This document shows, in pieces, positions 40,768-51,999 of a stretch of DNA of 64,000 nt. Source of the DNA: Myxococcota bacterium (GTDB taxonomy: Bacteria; Myxococcota_A; UBA796; UBA2385); the NCBI GenBank assembly GCA_044344255.1, contig JBIJDH010000017.1, positions 1 through 64,000 of the forward strand, in the 5' to 3' direction. Below the pieces are notes generated by a model. The model did not search any database. It had not been told where the DNA came from and was given only the letters and a program-made list of their open reading frames with translations. Position 1 is the first letter of the stretch, and each line of letters begins with the position of its first letter. Both the position numbers and the translations under genes were made by a program.

Positions 40768-43218
40768 TCAGCGGATCCAGACCCGCCCGCGCCCGCCGTC
40801 GACGGTCACGGTCTGCCCGTCGCTCAGCAGGCGGGTGGCGCCGGAGACGTTGACCACCGCGGGGCGCCCATACTCCCGGGCGACCACGGCGCCGTGGCTC
40901 AACATGCCGCCGAGCTCCATCACGAGGCCCCCCGCGACCAGGAAGAGCGGGGTCCAGCCGGGATCGGTGGCCCGGGTGACGAGGATCTCACCGGGCTTGA
41001 GCGAGGCGGCCTCGGAGGGGGAGCGGATCACGCGCACGGTGCCCGTGACCACGCCGGCCGACACCCCCATCCCCGTGAGGCCGGCCTCGTGGGGGGCCTC
41101 GGCGACGGCCTCATCGCCGACGAGGAAGTCAGGAGGCTCGTCTCCACGCTGCCGGCGGGCCTCCTCCTCCTGGTGCGCGGCCTCTCGTCGCTCGATGAGC
41201 TCGAGGGCGCGCCCGCGGCTGAGATCGTCGTCGAGCAGGGCCTCCGCCTCGCGGAGCTCGAGGAATCGCAGGCGGAGGCCGGCCGCGGCCTCGAGGTGGA
41301 GCCAGGCCTCCTTCCAGCGCCAGAGGATGCGGTCGAAGTGGGCGCGCTGGTCTTCCCGGAGCTGGAGGTAGCGTCGGGTGAGGCGCACGACCCTGCGGGC
41401 GAGGGGCCCGAGCGCGTCGAGGGCAGCCTCCCCGTGGTCGCCCTCCGTCAGCGGCGGCGCGGAGGCTGCGGCGCGGGCGAGCGCCCAGGCCCGAGCCGGC
41501 TCCTCGCTCCAGCGGGGACTAAAGAGCTCCCACGAGCTGGTCGCCCGGTGGCCGAACTCAGCGGAGAAGGAGTCCCAGTCGAGCTCTCCGCGGCCGAGGC
41601 GCCCGAGGGCGGCGTTGGTGCGCGCGGTCGAGGTGGAGGCCGGCGCCACGAGCAAGGTGGGGATCAGGGCCTCGTGCCCCTCAGCGACGAGCAGGGCGGA
41701 GGCCGCCTCGTAGCCGATGTTGGCGAAGAGCAGGCTGCAGATGTGGACGCCGACGTAGCGCCCCGCGAGATCCCGGCACCCTTGGATGCGGGCCCGCGCC
41801 TCGGCCACACTGTGGAGGGGCGTCGAGAGCGGGCCGAGCGCCGGCCCCAGCCCGCGCTCGAACTCCTCCCAGGCCCGCCAATTCGTGAGCGGATTCCAAC
41901 GGAAGCGCCGCCAGCGCGCCTCGGCGAAGGTCTCGCTCAGGATCGAGCGGTAGACCGCCAGATCGGGGAGCTCGGCCCGGCGCCGCATCCAGCTCGACTC
42001 CTCCACCGGCGGGAGGAGCTCCACCATGAAGCGGGGCGGGGCGGCGCCCGGCGCCTTGAAGGCGAGGTGCCGGAACACCGTGACGTTGAAGTAGGGGGCG
42101 AAGCGGAAGAGGCGGGCCGGCTCCTCGCCGCCGAGCAGGCGCCGGCTCGTGATCGGGTAGGCGATGAAGGGCTCGAGCAGCGCCCGAATTTCAGACCAGC
42201 CGAGGGGGGTGGCGGGCTCCGTCCAGCGCTCGCCGATGAAGCGCCGCGTCCAGATCACCCGCCCCGTCGGCCGCACGTCGCGGGCCGTGGTGACCGGGCG
42301 GGCCTGGAGCAGGGTGAAACGACCCGCCTCGTCTTGGGCCCACTCGATGTCTTGGGGTCCGCCGAGGGCCGACTCCACCTTCAGCCCGAGCCGGCAGAGG
42401 GCGAGGAGGTCCGCCTCGTTGAGCTTACGGGACACGCGTCGGGCGGCGGGGACGGCTCTCTCGACCTGTCCGCCGCCGGGCGAGCCGATCGGCGCGGGGT
42501 GGGCGGCGGTCTCCTGGCGGGCCACCGACACCTCGGCCACCCGCAGCCGGACGCGGGCCAGCACCCGCTGGAGCGGCCCCGGCGCCCGCCTCGGGCGGCT
42601 CACCTTGTAGAAGTCGGGCTGGATCCGCCCGCCCACCACGGCCTCGCCGAGGCCCCAGGCCGCCTCCACGGTCATCTCGCGCCAGGAGCCCGAGTGGGGG
42701 TTGATCGTGAAGAGGACGCCGGCGCAGCGGGGATCGACGAGGGTCTGCACCAAGACGGCCATCTCGGGGAGGGCGGCCGAAGCTCGGTAGGCGCGGGCGG
42801 TGGCCGAGAAGGCGCTGGCCCAAACCTGGAGGATCGCGCGCTCCAAGGGCTCCCCGGCAGTCACCCCGATCACGCTCTCATACTGTCCGGCGAAGCTCGA
42901 CTCGCCGCCGTCTTCGTCCGCCGCGGAGCTGCGGACGGCGAGCAGGGGCCCGAGGTCGCGGACGGCCCGCTGCACCGACGCCGAGAGGCGAGAAGGGAAG
43001 CGGGAGGCGCGGAGCTCGGCCCCGAGGGAGGGGTCGGCCGCCTGCGCCCGGTGTGACCAGCCGCGATCGAGCAGGAAGGCCTGGAAGAGCTCGACTGGCA
43101 GCACCACGGCGGCGGGAACCGGCGCGCCTGCCGCGAAGAGGCGGTGCAGGCCCCAGGCCTTCCCGCCCACGCGCGCGCGGTCTTCCGGTCTGAGGTCTTC
43201 GACGCGCGGCATCCGCAT
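40768..43218 (-). CDS. PEP-synthase-like phosphotransferase (ATP-grasp, substrate domain, C-terminal phospho-His swivel; RPH/PigC architecture)
   Basis: Motifs VGGKA, AVRSSA..EDG..SFAGQY, QDIEWA, LLQARPVT, TDPGWTPLF and SHGAVVAREYG. Confidence 0.88.
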   Translation of the reverse strand: MRMPRVEDLRPEDRARVGGKAWGLHRLFAAGAPVPAAVVLPVELFQAFLLDRGWSHRAQAADPSLGAELRASRFPSRLSASVQRAVRDLGPLLAVRSSAADEDGGESSFAGQYESVIGVTAGEPLERAILQVWASAFSATARAYRASAALPEMAVLVQTLVDPRCAGVLFTINPHSGSWREMTVEAAWGLGEAVVGGRIQPDFYKVSRPRRAPGPLQRVLARVRLRVAEVSVARQETAAHPAPIGSPGGGQVERAVPAARRVSRKLNEADLLALCRLGLKVESALGGPQDIEWAQDEAGRFTLLQARPVTTARDVRPTGRVIWTRRFIGERWTEPATPLGWSEIRALLEPFIAYPITSRRLLGGEEPARLFRFAPYFNVTVFRHLAFKAPGAAPPRFMVELLPPVEESSWMRRRAELPDLAVYRSILSETFAEARWRRFRWNPLTNWRAWEEFERGLGPALGPLSTPLHSVAEARARIQGCRDLAGRYVGVHICSLLFANIGYEAASALLVAEGHEALIPTLLVAPASTSTARTNAALGRLGRGELDWDSFSAEFGHRATSSWELFSPRWSEEPARAWALARAAASAPPLTEGDHGEAALDALGPLARRVVRLTRRYLQLREDQRAHFDRILWRWKEAWLHLEAAAGLRLRFLELREAEALLDDDLSRGRALELIERREAAHQEEEARRQRGDEPPDFLVGDEAVAEAPHEAGLTGMGVSAGVVTGTVRVIRSPSEAASLKPGEILVTRATDPGWTPLFLVAGGLVMELGGMLSHGAVVAREYGRPAVVNVSGATRLLSDGQTVTVDGGRGRVWIR

Positions 43219-43327
43219 CGCCCCCCCGTAATCCGGTGGCCCCCCCGGCACGGGGCGCTCTCCCGTCGGCCGCGGGCGCGGGGGCCCCCGTCGGGGTTAG
43301 GCCTGCCCATCCGCGATCGGAGCGCCC

Positions 43328-44956
<1,629 letters not shown>

Positions 44957-44981
44957 GCGTGCCGCCGGCGACCGGTTCACC

Positions 44982-45010
44982 TTGACACCTGTAGGCGCGT
45001 CGTTAAGGAT
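44982..45010 (+). promoter_or_regulatory. Putative sigma70 promoter
   Basis: A perfect TTGACA, followed 16-17 nt later by TAAGGAT; it sits just before the structured element. Confidence 0.5.
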
Positions 45011-45015
45011 AGGCT

Positions 45016-45250
45016 CCTGGAAGGGTTGAAGAGCAATCGCTCCTGCCCTCAGGCCCTCTCCGCATTTCGGCTCTCCCCTGCCCTCAGCTCCCGACCCTCA
45101 GAATTCTGAGACGGGCCCCTGAACCGGGTGCCAGAACGGCGGATGGCCTGGGAACGTCAAACGGCGTTCGAACGGCACAACCACCAGGCGTCGCGACCTC
45201 GTCCCTCTCGGGCGTCCCCGAATCGGACTGGCTTGTTTGGATAGGTCGCG
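45016..45250 (+). ncRNA. Candidate structured RNA: rod-like domain 45016-45188 plus a second stem domain 45192-45250 (6S-like size and shape, family not assigned)
   Basis: Nested complementary blocks all centre near 45102: CCTGG/CCAGG, GGTTG/CAACC, CTCAGGCC/GGCCTGGG, TCCGC/GCGGA, CCCG/CGGG and the palindrome CTCAGAATTCTGAG. A further pair CGCGACCT/AGGTCGCG follows. Confidence 0.5.
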
Positions 45251-45451
45251 TGGGTCCGCCTCGTGCGGCCTCGCCGCGCGCGCGGCCCCGGTTGCCCCGC
45301 CCTCCCTCCCGGCGTCGATGACGACCGTGATGGGGCGTGTCTCCTGGCGGAGCCCCACCTGCGCATTGTTCGATTTCACCCACGATGGCTCCACCCCGGA
45401 GGCCCCCGATGCCCGATGCAAGACCGCCGACCCCAGCGCGGCTGATGTCCG

Positions 45452-47143
45452 ATGCATATACGGCCTGAAAACCCGATGATCGTCCAGGGGGACGGAAAGG
45501 TCCTCCTGGAGACCCGTCACCCTCGGTACGAAGAGGCGCGTGACTTCCTCGGCCGCTTCGCAGAGCTCGAGGCCTCCCCCGAGCTCCTGCACACGTACCG
45601 GATCGGTCCCCTCTCCCTGTGGAACGCCGCCTCAGCCGGCATGACCCTCGAAGAGATCACCGATGGGCTCCGGACCTGGTCGAAGTTCGACGTCCCTGCG
45701 GAGGTGATCACCACCACCAAGGAGACGCTCGAGCGTTACGGCCTCGTCAAGCTGATCCCCCACCCCGAGCAGCCCGGCAAGCTGCTGCGGCTCATCTTCA
45801 CCACGGGCTACATCGCCAAGCTGGTCGCCAAGGAGCCCATGCTGCGAGAGCTGCTCGTCGAAGACGGGCGGCGCCACTGGGCGATCCAGGGCGGGCACCG
45901 AGGGATCTTCAAGCAGCGCGCGCTCCAGGCAGGCTGGCCCGTCGAAGACCTCGCCGGCTTCATCCCCGGCGAGCCGCTGCCCTTGGCCCTCCGCACCACC
46001 ACGGTCAGCGGCCGTCCCTTCATCGTCCGGCCCTATCAGGCGGAGGCCGCCCGACGCTGGTGGCACGAGGGCAAGCCCTCGGGCGGCTGCGGCGTGGTCG
46101 TGCTCGCTTGCGGCGCCGGCAAGACGATCGTGGCGATGGCGGCGATGAACCTCGCCCAGACCAAGACCCTCATCCTCGCGACCAACCAGGCCGCGGTGAG
46201 CCAGTGGAAGCGGGAGCTGCTCGACAAGACCACGCTCACGGAAGACGAGGTGGGCATGTACACGGGCGACACCAAGGTGATCCGCCCGGTGACCGTGGCC
46301 ACCTACCAGATCCTCACGTGGCGCCGCCAGAAGGATGAGGCGTTCGAGCACCTTCACCTCTTCGAGGACGAAGACTGGGGGCTGATCATCTACGATGAGG
46401 TCCACCTGCTCCCGGCCCCGGTCTTCGGCGCGACGGCCACGTTGCAGGGCCGCCGGCGGCTTGGCCTCACCGCGACCCTCGTCCGCGAAGATGGCCGCGA
46501 GGGCGACGTCTTCGCGCTGGTCGGCCCCAAGCGATATGACCTCCCCTGGCAGGTGCTGCAGCAAGCCGGCTTCATCGCCGACACCCGCTGCTACGAGGTG
46601 CGCGTCCCCTTCCGGCCCCTCGACGCCGGGCGCTACGAGCGGGCCGAGGAGAACGAGAAGTTCCGCATGGCCAGCGCGAACCCGGTCAAGATGGACATCA
46701 TCCGCGAGCTGCTCCTCAAGCACCGCGAGGACAATGTGCTGATCATCGGCACCTACCTCGACCAGCTCGAAGAGATCGCGAAGCGATTCAAGGCCGCGCT
46801 CATCACCGGCTCCACACACCACGCCGAGCGAGAGCGGCTCTTCGCCGCCTTCCGATCTGGGAAGCTCAAGCTGCTCGTGGTGAGCAAAGTGGCGAACTTC
46901 TCGATCGACCTCCCCGACGCCAACGTGGCCATTCAGGTGTCGGGCACCTTCGGCAGCCGTCAGGAAGAGGCCCAGCGGCTCGGCCGCATCCTCCGCCCCA
47001 AGGCCAAGCCCGCCATCTTCTACACGGTGGTGACGGGCGCGACGAAGGAGCAGGAATTCGCCATGAAGCGGCAGCTCTTCCTCACGGAGCAGGGCTACCG
47101 CTACCACATCGACGACCGCGCCGCGATGAAGGCGAGCGCATAG
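45452..47143 (+). CDS. Bacterial XPB/Ssl2-like SF2 DNA helicase
   Basis: N-terminal helicase-associated domain (FAEL..SPE.LHTYRI.PLSLWNA); CGAGKT, DEVH, GLTAT, SKVANFSIDLPDA and QRLGRILR. Confidence 0.93.
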   Translation: MHIRPENPMIVQGDGKVLLETRHPRYEEARDFLGRFAELEASPELLHTYRIGPLSLWNAASAGMTLEEITDGLRTWSKFDVPAEVITTTKETLERYGLVKLIPHPEQPGKLLRLIFTTGYIAKLVAKEPMLRELLVEDGRRHWAIQGGHRGIFKQRALQAGWPVEDLAGFIPGEPLPLALRTTTVSGRPFIVRPYQAEAARRWWHEGKPSGGCGVVVLACGAGKTIVAMAAMNLAQTKTLILATNQAAVSQWKRELLDKTTLTEDEVGMYTGDTKVIRPVTVATYQILTWRRQKDEAFEHLHLFEDEDWGLIIYDEVHLLPAPVFGATATLQGRRRLGLTATLVREDGREGDVFALVGPKRYDLPWQVLQQAGFIADTRCYEVRVPFRPLDAGRYERAEENEKFRMASANPVKMDIIRELLLKHREDNVLIIGTYLDQLEEIAKRFKAALITGSTHHAERERLFAAFRSGKLKLLVVSKVANFSIDLPDANVAIQVSGTFGSRQEEAQRLGRILRPKAKPAIFYTVVTGATKEQEFAMKRQLFLTEQGYRYHIDDRAAMKASA

Positions 47144-47189
47144 CTGGCAACCCGCCCCGGGCCTGGCGCCCGGACGAGGACAGGCGACC

Positions 47190-49532
47190 ATGGGTGCAGA
47201 CGAATTTGAGCAGGGCGGCGAGGGCGGTGGAGAAGGCGCAGGGCGGCGACGTCGCAGGCGTCGGCGGCGGGGGCGCGGCAATGAGGGCGGCGGCGACCAC
47301 GCCCCCCACAGCCACCCCGAGCCCAACAACCGGCGCGGCCCCCCGAGCCGGAACGCCCACCGCGGCGCCGCTTGGGAGGAGGAGAGCCCGCCGGTGAGCC
47401 TGCCCCGCTCGGGCCGGATGCCACGCCACCGCTCGGCCCTCCACCCGCACCGCGGCTCGGTGGCGAGCGGCCTCGCCCGCCGCCGCCGCATGTCACGCGG
47501 GGAGCTCGACGGCCTCGCCGACTACATGGCCCAGATGCCCGACGCGCTGGTCGCCGCCCTGTACTCGGGGATGGGCGGACAGCCCGGCCGGGTGGCGGGC
47601 GCTGACCGCATGATCCAGCTCGCCGTCAAGGCCATCGCCCAGGGCAACCGCCTCGGCAGCCTCGTCAAGTCGCTGCACCAGCGCGACCGCCAGGCCCTTG
47701 CCGTGCTCGTGCAGTGCGGCGGCATCGGTCACCACGAGGAGCTCAAGCAAGAGCTCATCCTCTCTCTCGGTGGCCACGAGCGGGAGTGGAAGAAGGTGCT
47801 CTCCACGCTCGGCGATCGCGGTCTGATCGCCGCGACCGAGGAGCGGGAGGGGGAGTTCTTCTACCTCATCCCCGAACCCCTCATGGACGCGCTGATCGAG
47901 CAGCTCCACGAAGACCTCGTGCTGCCGAGCTTCGAGCACGAGGAGGTCCGGGTCATCGACCCCCGCCCCTTCTGCCCGCCGCTCGACTTCAGTCTCGTCA
48001 CGCTGGCCACCTACATCGACCAGCACCCGCCGCGGCTCACCCAGCGGCACGACATCTTCAAGGTCCACAAAGACGAGATGGACCAGTTCTTCACGCAGCT
48101 CTGGACGCCGGACAGCGAGCTGTTCAGCTTCCACATCCAGTTCTTGATGGTCCACGGCATGGTGGAGCTCAAGGGCGACCGGCTGAGCGTGAACCGCGCC
48201 GTGGTGGACGAGTGGCTTCAGCTCGACGCTGAAGACCAGCGCGACCTCATCTACGCCCAGCTCGAGAAGGTCTTCCCCCAGGCCGAGTGGGTGCTCTGCG
48301 CCATCGAAGACGTGGGCGGCGCCTGGGTCCCCGAGCGGCCGCTGCAGGCCGTCTACCGCCGCTGGCGGCGAGGAGAGGATTGGCGCGAGCGCTTCCACAA
48401 GGGCCAGTGGGCGCCCCCCAAGACGGCCGCGCGGGAGAGCTACACTTTCGCCGGCCTCATCAACACCGGCATGGTCGAGCTCGGGCAGTGGGGGCAGGAG
48501 AAGTTCTACCGCCTCACGCCGAGGGCCAAGCGCCTGCTCCAGCCGCCGGTAGACGAAGGCTTCACCCAGTTCTACCTGACGCCCAGCTTCGAGATCATGG
48601 CGCCCGCCGGCATGGCGCCCATCCTCTTCTTCCGCATCGGCGAGCTGGCCGAGCTCACCGCCTGCGATCGCGCCAACACCTACAAGGTGACCGAAGTCGC
48701 GATCGAGCAGGCGCTGGAGAAGGGCTGGCGTCGTGACGACGTCATCGAATTCCTCCGGGAGAACAGCCAGATCGGCCTCCCCGAGAACGTCGAGTCCACG
48801 CTCCGCGGCTGGATGGGCCACCACGGCGACGTCGAATTCCACGACGTCGTGCTCCTCACGGTGCACCGCAGCCAGATCCGCCGCTTGGAGAGCCACCGCA
48901 AGCTCAAGCCCTACCTGCTCCACCGCTTCGTGCCGGGGATGTACGCGGTCGATCGGTCTCGGCTGGCGGAGATCCACGCCGCCCTGCGCGAAGTGGGCTT
49001 CAGCCCCGGTAATCAGCTCCGCAAATACCCCGATGATCCGCAGCAGGTCGACGCCCGCGAGCGGCTGCTCGAGCTCGTGTCGAACGCCCGGGAGATCCGG
49101 GAGGACATCCTTGGGCGCGCCCACGCGGCCGACACCCGCCCCGACACCCTCCACCCCATCCCCGGCTCGGGCGCGCACCAGAAGGCCCAGGGCGGCGGCG
49201 GGAAGAAGAAGAAGCGGGACGACCTCCCGCCGCGTCGGAGCCCGCGCGAGGTCAAGGAGATCTGCGAGAAGGCCATCTCCTTGAAGCAGCAGCTCGACAT
49301 GCTCTACGTGACCCGCGACGACACCCGCAAGCTCGTGCGCGTCGCCCCAGAGCGGATCGCGGTCAACCAGCAGGGCCAGCAGGTGCTGGTGGCCACCGAT
49401 CTCGCCAAGAACGAGCGGCTGTCCTACCAGCTCATCCAGATAGAGCGGCTCGCCGCCCTCGAAGGGCCCCCGGAGAAGTCCGAGAAGGGGCGGCCTGAGG
49501 GGCGTTCGGGCTCGGGCCAGGGGGGCGGATGA
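47190..49532 (+). CDS. XPB partner: helicase-associated (Helicase_C_3-like) domain protein with C-terminal WYL-like domain
   Basis: YKVTE.AI..AL..G.....V..FL..NS...LPENV..TL.GW pattern; C-terminal AI......LY.......V.P pattern; Arg-rich N-terminus. Confidence 0.7.
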   Translation: MGADEFEQGGEGGGEGAGRRRRRRRRRGRGNEGGGDHAPHSHPEPNNRRGPPSRNAHRGAAWEEESPPVSLPRSGRMPRHRSALHPHRGSVASGLARRRRMSRGELDGLADYMAQMPDALVAALYSGMGGQPGRVAGADRMIQLAVKAIAQGNRLGSLVKSLHQRDRQALAVLVQCGGIGHHEELKQELILSLGGHEREWKKVLSTLGDRGLIAATEEREGEFFYLIPEPLMDALIEQLHEDLVLPSFEHEEVRVIDPRPFCPPLDFSLVTLATYIDQHPPRLTQRHDIFKVHKDEMDQFFTQLWTPDSELFSFHIQFLMVHGMVELKGDRLSVNRAVVDEWLQLDAEDQRDLIYAQLEKVFPQAEWVLCAIEDVGGAWVPERPLQAVYRRWRRGEDWRERFHKGQWAPPKTAARESYTFAGLINTGMVELGQWGQEKFYRLTPRAKRLLQPPVDEGFTQFYLTPSFEIMAPAGMAPILFFRIGELAELTACDRANTYKVTEVAIEQALEKGWRRDDVIEFLRENSQIGLPENVESTLRGWMGHHGDVEFHDVVLLTVHRSQIRRLESHRKLKPYLLHRFVPGMYAVDRSRLAEIHAALREVGFSPGNQLRKYPDDPQQVDARERLLELVSNAREIREDILGRAHAADTRPDTLHPIPGSGAHQKAQGGGGKKKKRDDLPPRRSPREVKEICEKAISLKQQLDMLYVTRDDTRKLVRVAPERIAVNQQGQQVLVATDLAKNERLSYQLIQIERLAALEGPPEKSEKGRPEGRSGSGQGGG

Positions 49533-49777
49533 CGATGGGAGCCGAGATGACACGCAACCGCAGCTTCGAGGCGGCCCTCGCCGAGCTCGAGGATCGGGTC
49601 CGCAAGCTGGACGCTGGCGATCTCCCTCTTGAGGAGGCGCTCCGCCTCTTCGAGGAGGGAGTGGCTCTGCAGCAGGAGTGCCAAGACCTGCTGGAGGCGA
49701 CCGAGCAGCGGATCTTGGAGCTCGTGGACGGGCCCGGCGGCCCCACCGAGCGCGACCACAGCGGTGGGCGAGGTTGA
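49529..49777 (+). CDS. xseB: Exodeoxyribonuclease VII small subunit
   Basis: SFEAALAELE..V..L..GDLPLEEAL.LFEEG..L...C...L...EQRI. Confidence 0.92.
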   Translation: MTMGAEMTRNRSFEAALAELEDRVRKLDAGDLPLEEALRLFEEGVALQQECQDLLEATEQRILELVDGPGGPTERDHSGGRG

Positions 49778-49929
49778 TTCTTCGCGGATCGCGTCAAGGT
49801 GGTGCAAGCGACGGCACCGCCGACCGTCTGTCAGTTACTATCCGCGGCGGCGCCGGATGTCCGTGACCCTGCGGTTCAGGCCTCGGGCGTAGCCCCCCGA
49901 GGGGACCCTCCCAAGAGGAGCAGAATTCG

Positions 49930-50685
49930 ATGTTCGACACGGTCGGACGAACCAAGAAGCAGGACCCTGTGCGTCAGGCGAGCGCGGCTGTCATGTCGCT
50001 CTTGCTGTACGCCGGTGGGATCGGCGCCGCGGTGGGCCTCTACATGGCGGGCAAGACCGTCGTGGACGTGGTCACCGAGGGCGACAAGCCCATCGAGGTC
50101 TTCGTCGACTCGGCGCCCCCCCCGCCACCCCCCCCGCCCCCGCCCGCAGGCGGGAGCAAGCCCAAGACCGAGAAGAAGAAGCCCGATGAGGTCAAGCCCG
50201 ACCCGGTCCAGGTCGAGCCCGATCCTACCCCGCTCTCGGTCGAGACCCCTCCCGAGGAGGAGGTCGCCTCGGCGGACGGTGGGGTCGAGGGCGGAGTGGA
50301 GGGCGGCGTCGAAGGCGGCGTGGTCGGCGGTGTCGTCGGCGGTGTGGTCGGCGGCGTGATCGGCGGCCAGCTCGGCGGCACGGGCACCGCCATCCGCTCG
50401 GTGCACTGGTCGCAGGTCAAGGTCAAGAAGCAGGTGCGCCCCGAGTTCCCCGAGGCGGCGAAGTCCCTCGGCATGACCGGCGAGCAGCGCTGCATCGCCC
50501 ACTTCACGATCGACGCCAAGGGCGAGCCGAAGGAGGTGCAGATCAAGAACTGCCCCGAGGTCTTCGAGAAGCCCGTCCGCGAAGCCGCGCTGCAGTGGCG
50601 GTTCTTCCCCGCGAAGGACGAATCGACCGGCAAGGCCTTTGAGCAGCAATTCGACCTCGCGATCACCTTCAAGCTCAAGGGCTGA
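49930..50685 (+). CDS. tonB: TonB-family energy transducer
   Basis: N-terminal TM, poly-Pro, GGV repeats and C-terminal P.FPE.A...G...F.ID..G...W.F.PA. Confidence 0.88.
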   Translation: MFDTVGRTKKQDPVRQASAAVMSLLLYAGGIGAAVGLYMAGKTVVDVVTEGDKPIEVFVDSAPPPPPPPPPPAGGSKPKTEKKKPDEVKPDPVQVEPDPTPLSVETPPEEEVASADGGVEGGVEGGVEGGVVGGVVGGVVGGVIGGQLGGTGTAIRSVHWSQVKVKKQVRPEFPEAAKSLGMTGEQRCIAHFTIDAKGEPKEVQIKNCPEVFEKPVREAALQWRFFPAKDESTGKAFEQQFDLAITFKLKG

Positions 50686-50731
50686 CAAGCTCAAGGGCTG
50701 ACAAGCTCACGGACTGACAAGCTCACGGACC
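50670..50731 (+). repeat. Four tandem 16-bp units beginning inside the tonB 3' end
   Basis: caagctcaagggctga twice, then caagctcacggactga, then caagctcacggacc. Confidence 0.9.
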
Positions 50732-50844
50732 GCGCGCGCCGGCCTGCCGGTTGAGCCCCGCCCCCTGAACCCCGCCTTCGGACCGAACCACCCCGAACCG
50801 CCATACATCGCCCGCCGAACTCGGAGTCGGCCGCAGAGGAGACC

Positions 50845-51528
50845 ATGGAGCTCAGCTTCTCACATGTCATTTCGCAGATCAGCGTGCCGGTCTGGTGCGT
50901 CATCGTCACCCTCGCGGTGATGGTGCTGTGGTCACTCTATGTGCTGGTGGAGCGGATCCTCGCCCTGAGCAAGGCCGGCAAGCAGTCGCGCGCGCTGGCC
51001 GAGGCCATCGGGAAGCCCCTCGCCGCCGGTGACGCAGCAGGCGCCCTCGCCATCGCCAAGAAGGCTGAGTTCGAGGCGAGCTACCTCGGGCACATGCTCA
51101 TCGCCGGCCTCACCGAGTTCGTAGGGCGCCCCGACCGCCACGGCATCGACTCCGTCGGCCGCGCCCTCGAGCGCACCTCGATCAACGAGGGCCAGGATCT
51201 GCGGCGCGGCATCGCGATCCTCGCCACCACCGGCTCCACCGCCCCCTTCGTTGGTCTCGTCGGCACCATCTTCGGCATCATCAACGCCTTCGGCGGCATG
51301 GCCGAAACAGGCGGAGGCGGTATCGCGGGCGTGTCGGCGGGCATCGCCGAGGCTCTCGTGACGACGGCCATCGGCATCGTGATCGCGATCATCGGCGTCT
51401 GGTGCTACAACTTCTTCAACGGCTGGATCGAGCGCATCACGAACGACATGACCGTCTCTTCCCAGGAGCTGATCGACTGGGCCGAGAAGCAGGTCTTGCC
51501 GCCTTTCGACGCCTCCGCGAAGCACTAA
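50845..51528 (+). CDS. exbB: MotA/TolQ/ExbB proton-channel protein
   Basis: Motifs LAT.GSTAPFVGL.GT..GIINAF and GIAEALV.TA.G. Confidence 0.92.
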   Translation: MELSFSHVISQISVPVWCVIVTLAVMVLWSLYVLVERILALSKAGKQSRALAEAIGKPLAAGDAAGALAIAKKAEFEASYLGHMLIAGLTEFVGRPDRHGIDSVGRALERTSINEGQDLRRGIAILATTGSTAPFVGLVGTIFGIINAFGGMAETGGGGIAGVSAGIAEALVTTAIGIVIAIIGVWCYNFFNGWIERITNDMTVSSQELIDWAEKQVLPPFDASAKH

Positions 51529-51543
51529 TCGGGGTCGACGCCC

Positions 51544-51999
51544 ATGGGCATGCAGGTCGGTGGCAAAAAGGGCGGCCCGATGGCCGACATCAACGTGACC
51601 CCGCTGGTCGACGTCGTGCTCGTGCTGCTCATCATCTTCATGGTGGTCACCCCGATGCTGTCGTCTGGCGTGGACGTCTTCCTGCCCGAGTCAAAGACGG
51701 CGGAAGAGGCGGCAGATAACGGGCATCACCTCGTGGTGTCGATCAAGCAGGACGAGTCGGTCTACGTCGAGACCACGCGGACCTCCAAGGAGACCCTCAT
51801 CGAGGATCTCAACGCGGAGTGGAAGAAGAAGGCCGATCGCGCCCTGCTCATCAAGGGAGATCGACGGTTGACTTGGCGACAGGTCCACGGGGTGCTCTCG
51901 GTGGTGCAGGAGAACGGGCTGACCACGATGTTGCTGGCGACCGAGGGCAAGAAGGGCGCTGAAGGTGCCGCGGCTCCCGCGGCTGGCGGTGCGCCTTGA
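51544..51999 (+). CDS. exbD: ExbD/TolR biopolymer transport protein
   Basis: [19 protein letters not shown]. Confidence 0.92.
   Translation: MGMQVGGKKGGPMADINVTPLVDVVLVLLIIFMVVTPMLSSGVDVFLPESKTAEEAADNGHHLVVSIKQDESVYVETTRTSKETLIEDLNAEWKKKADRALLIKGDRRLTWRQVHGVLSVVQENGLTTMLLATEGKKGAEGAAAPAAGGAP

Noticed and set aside
45119..45134. Myxobacterial-type LexA box CTGAAC-N4-TGCCAG upstream of XPB
   Set aside because: Only one half-site matches, it is over 300 bp from the start codon, and it lies inside the predicted RNA stem.
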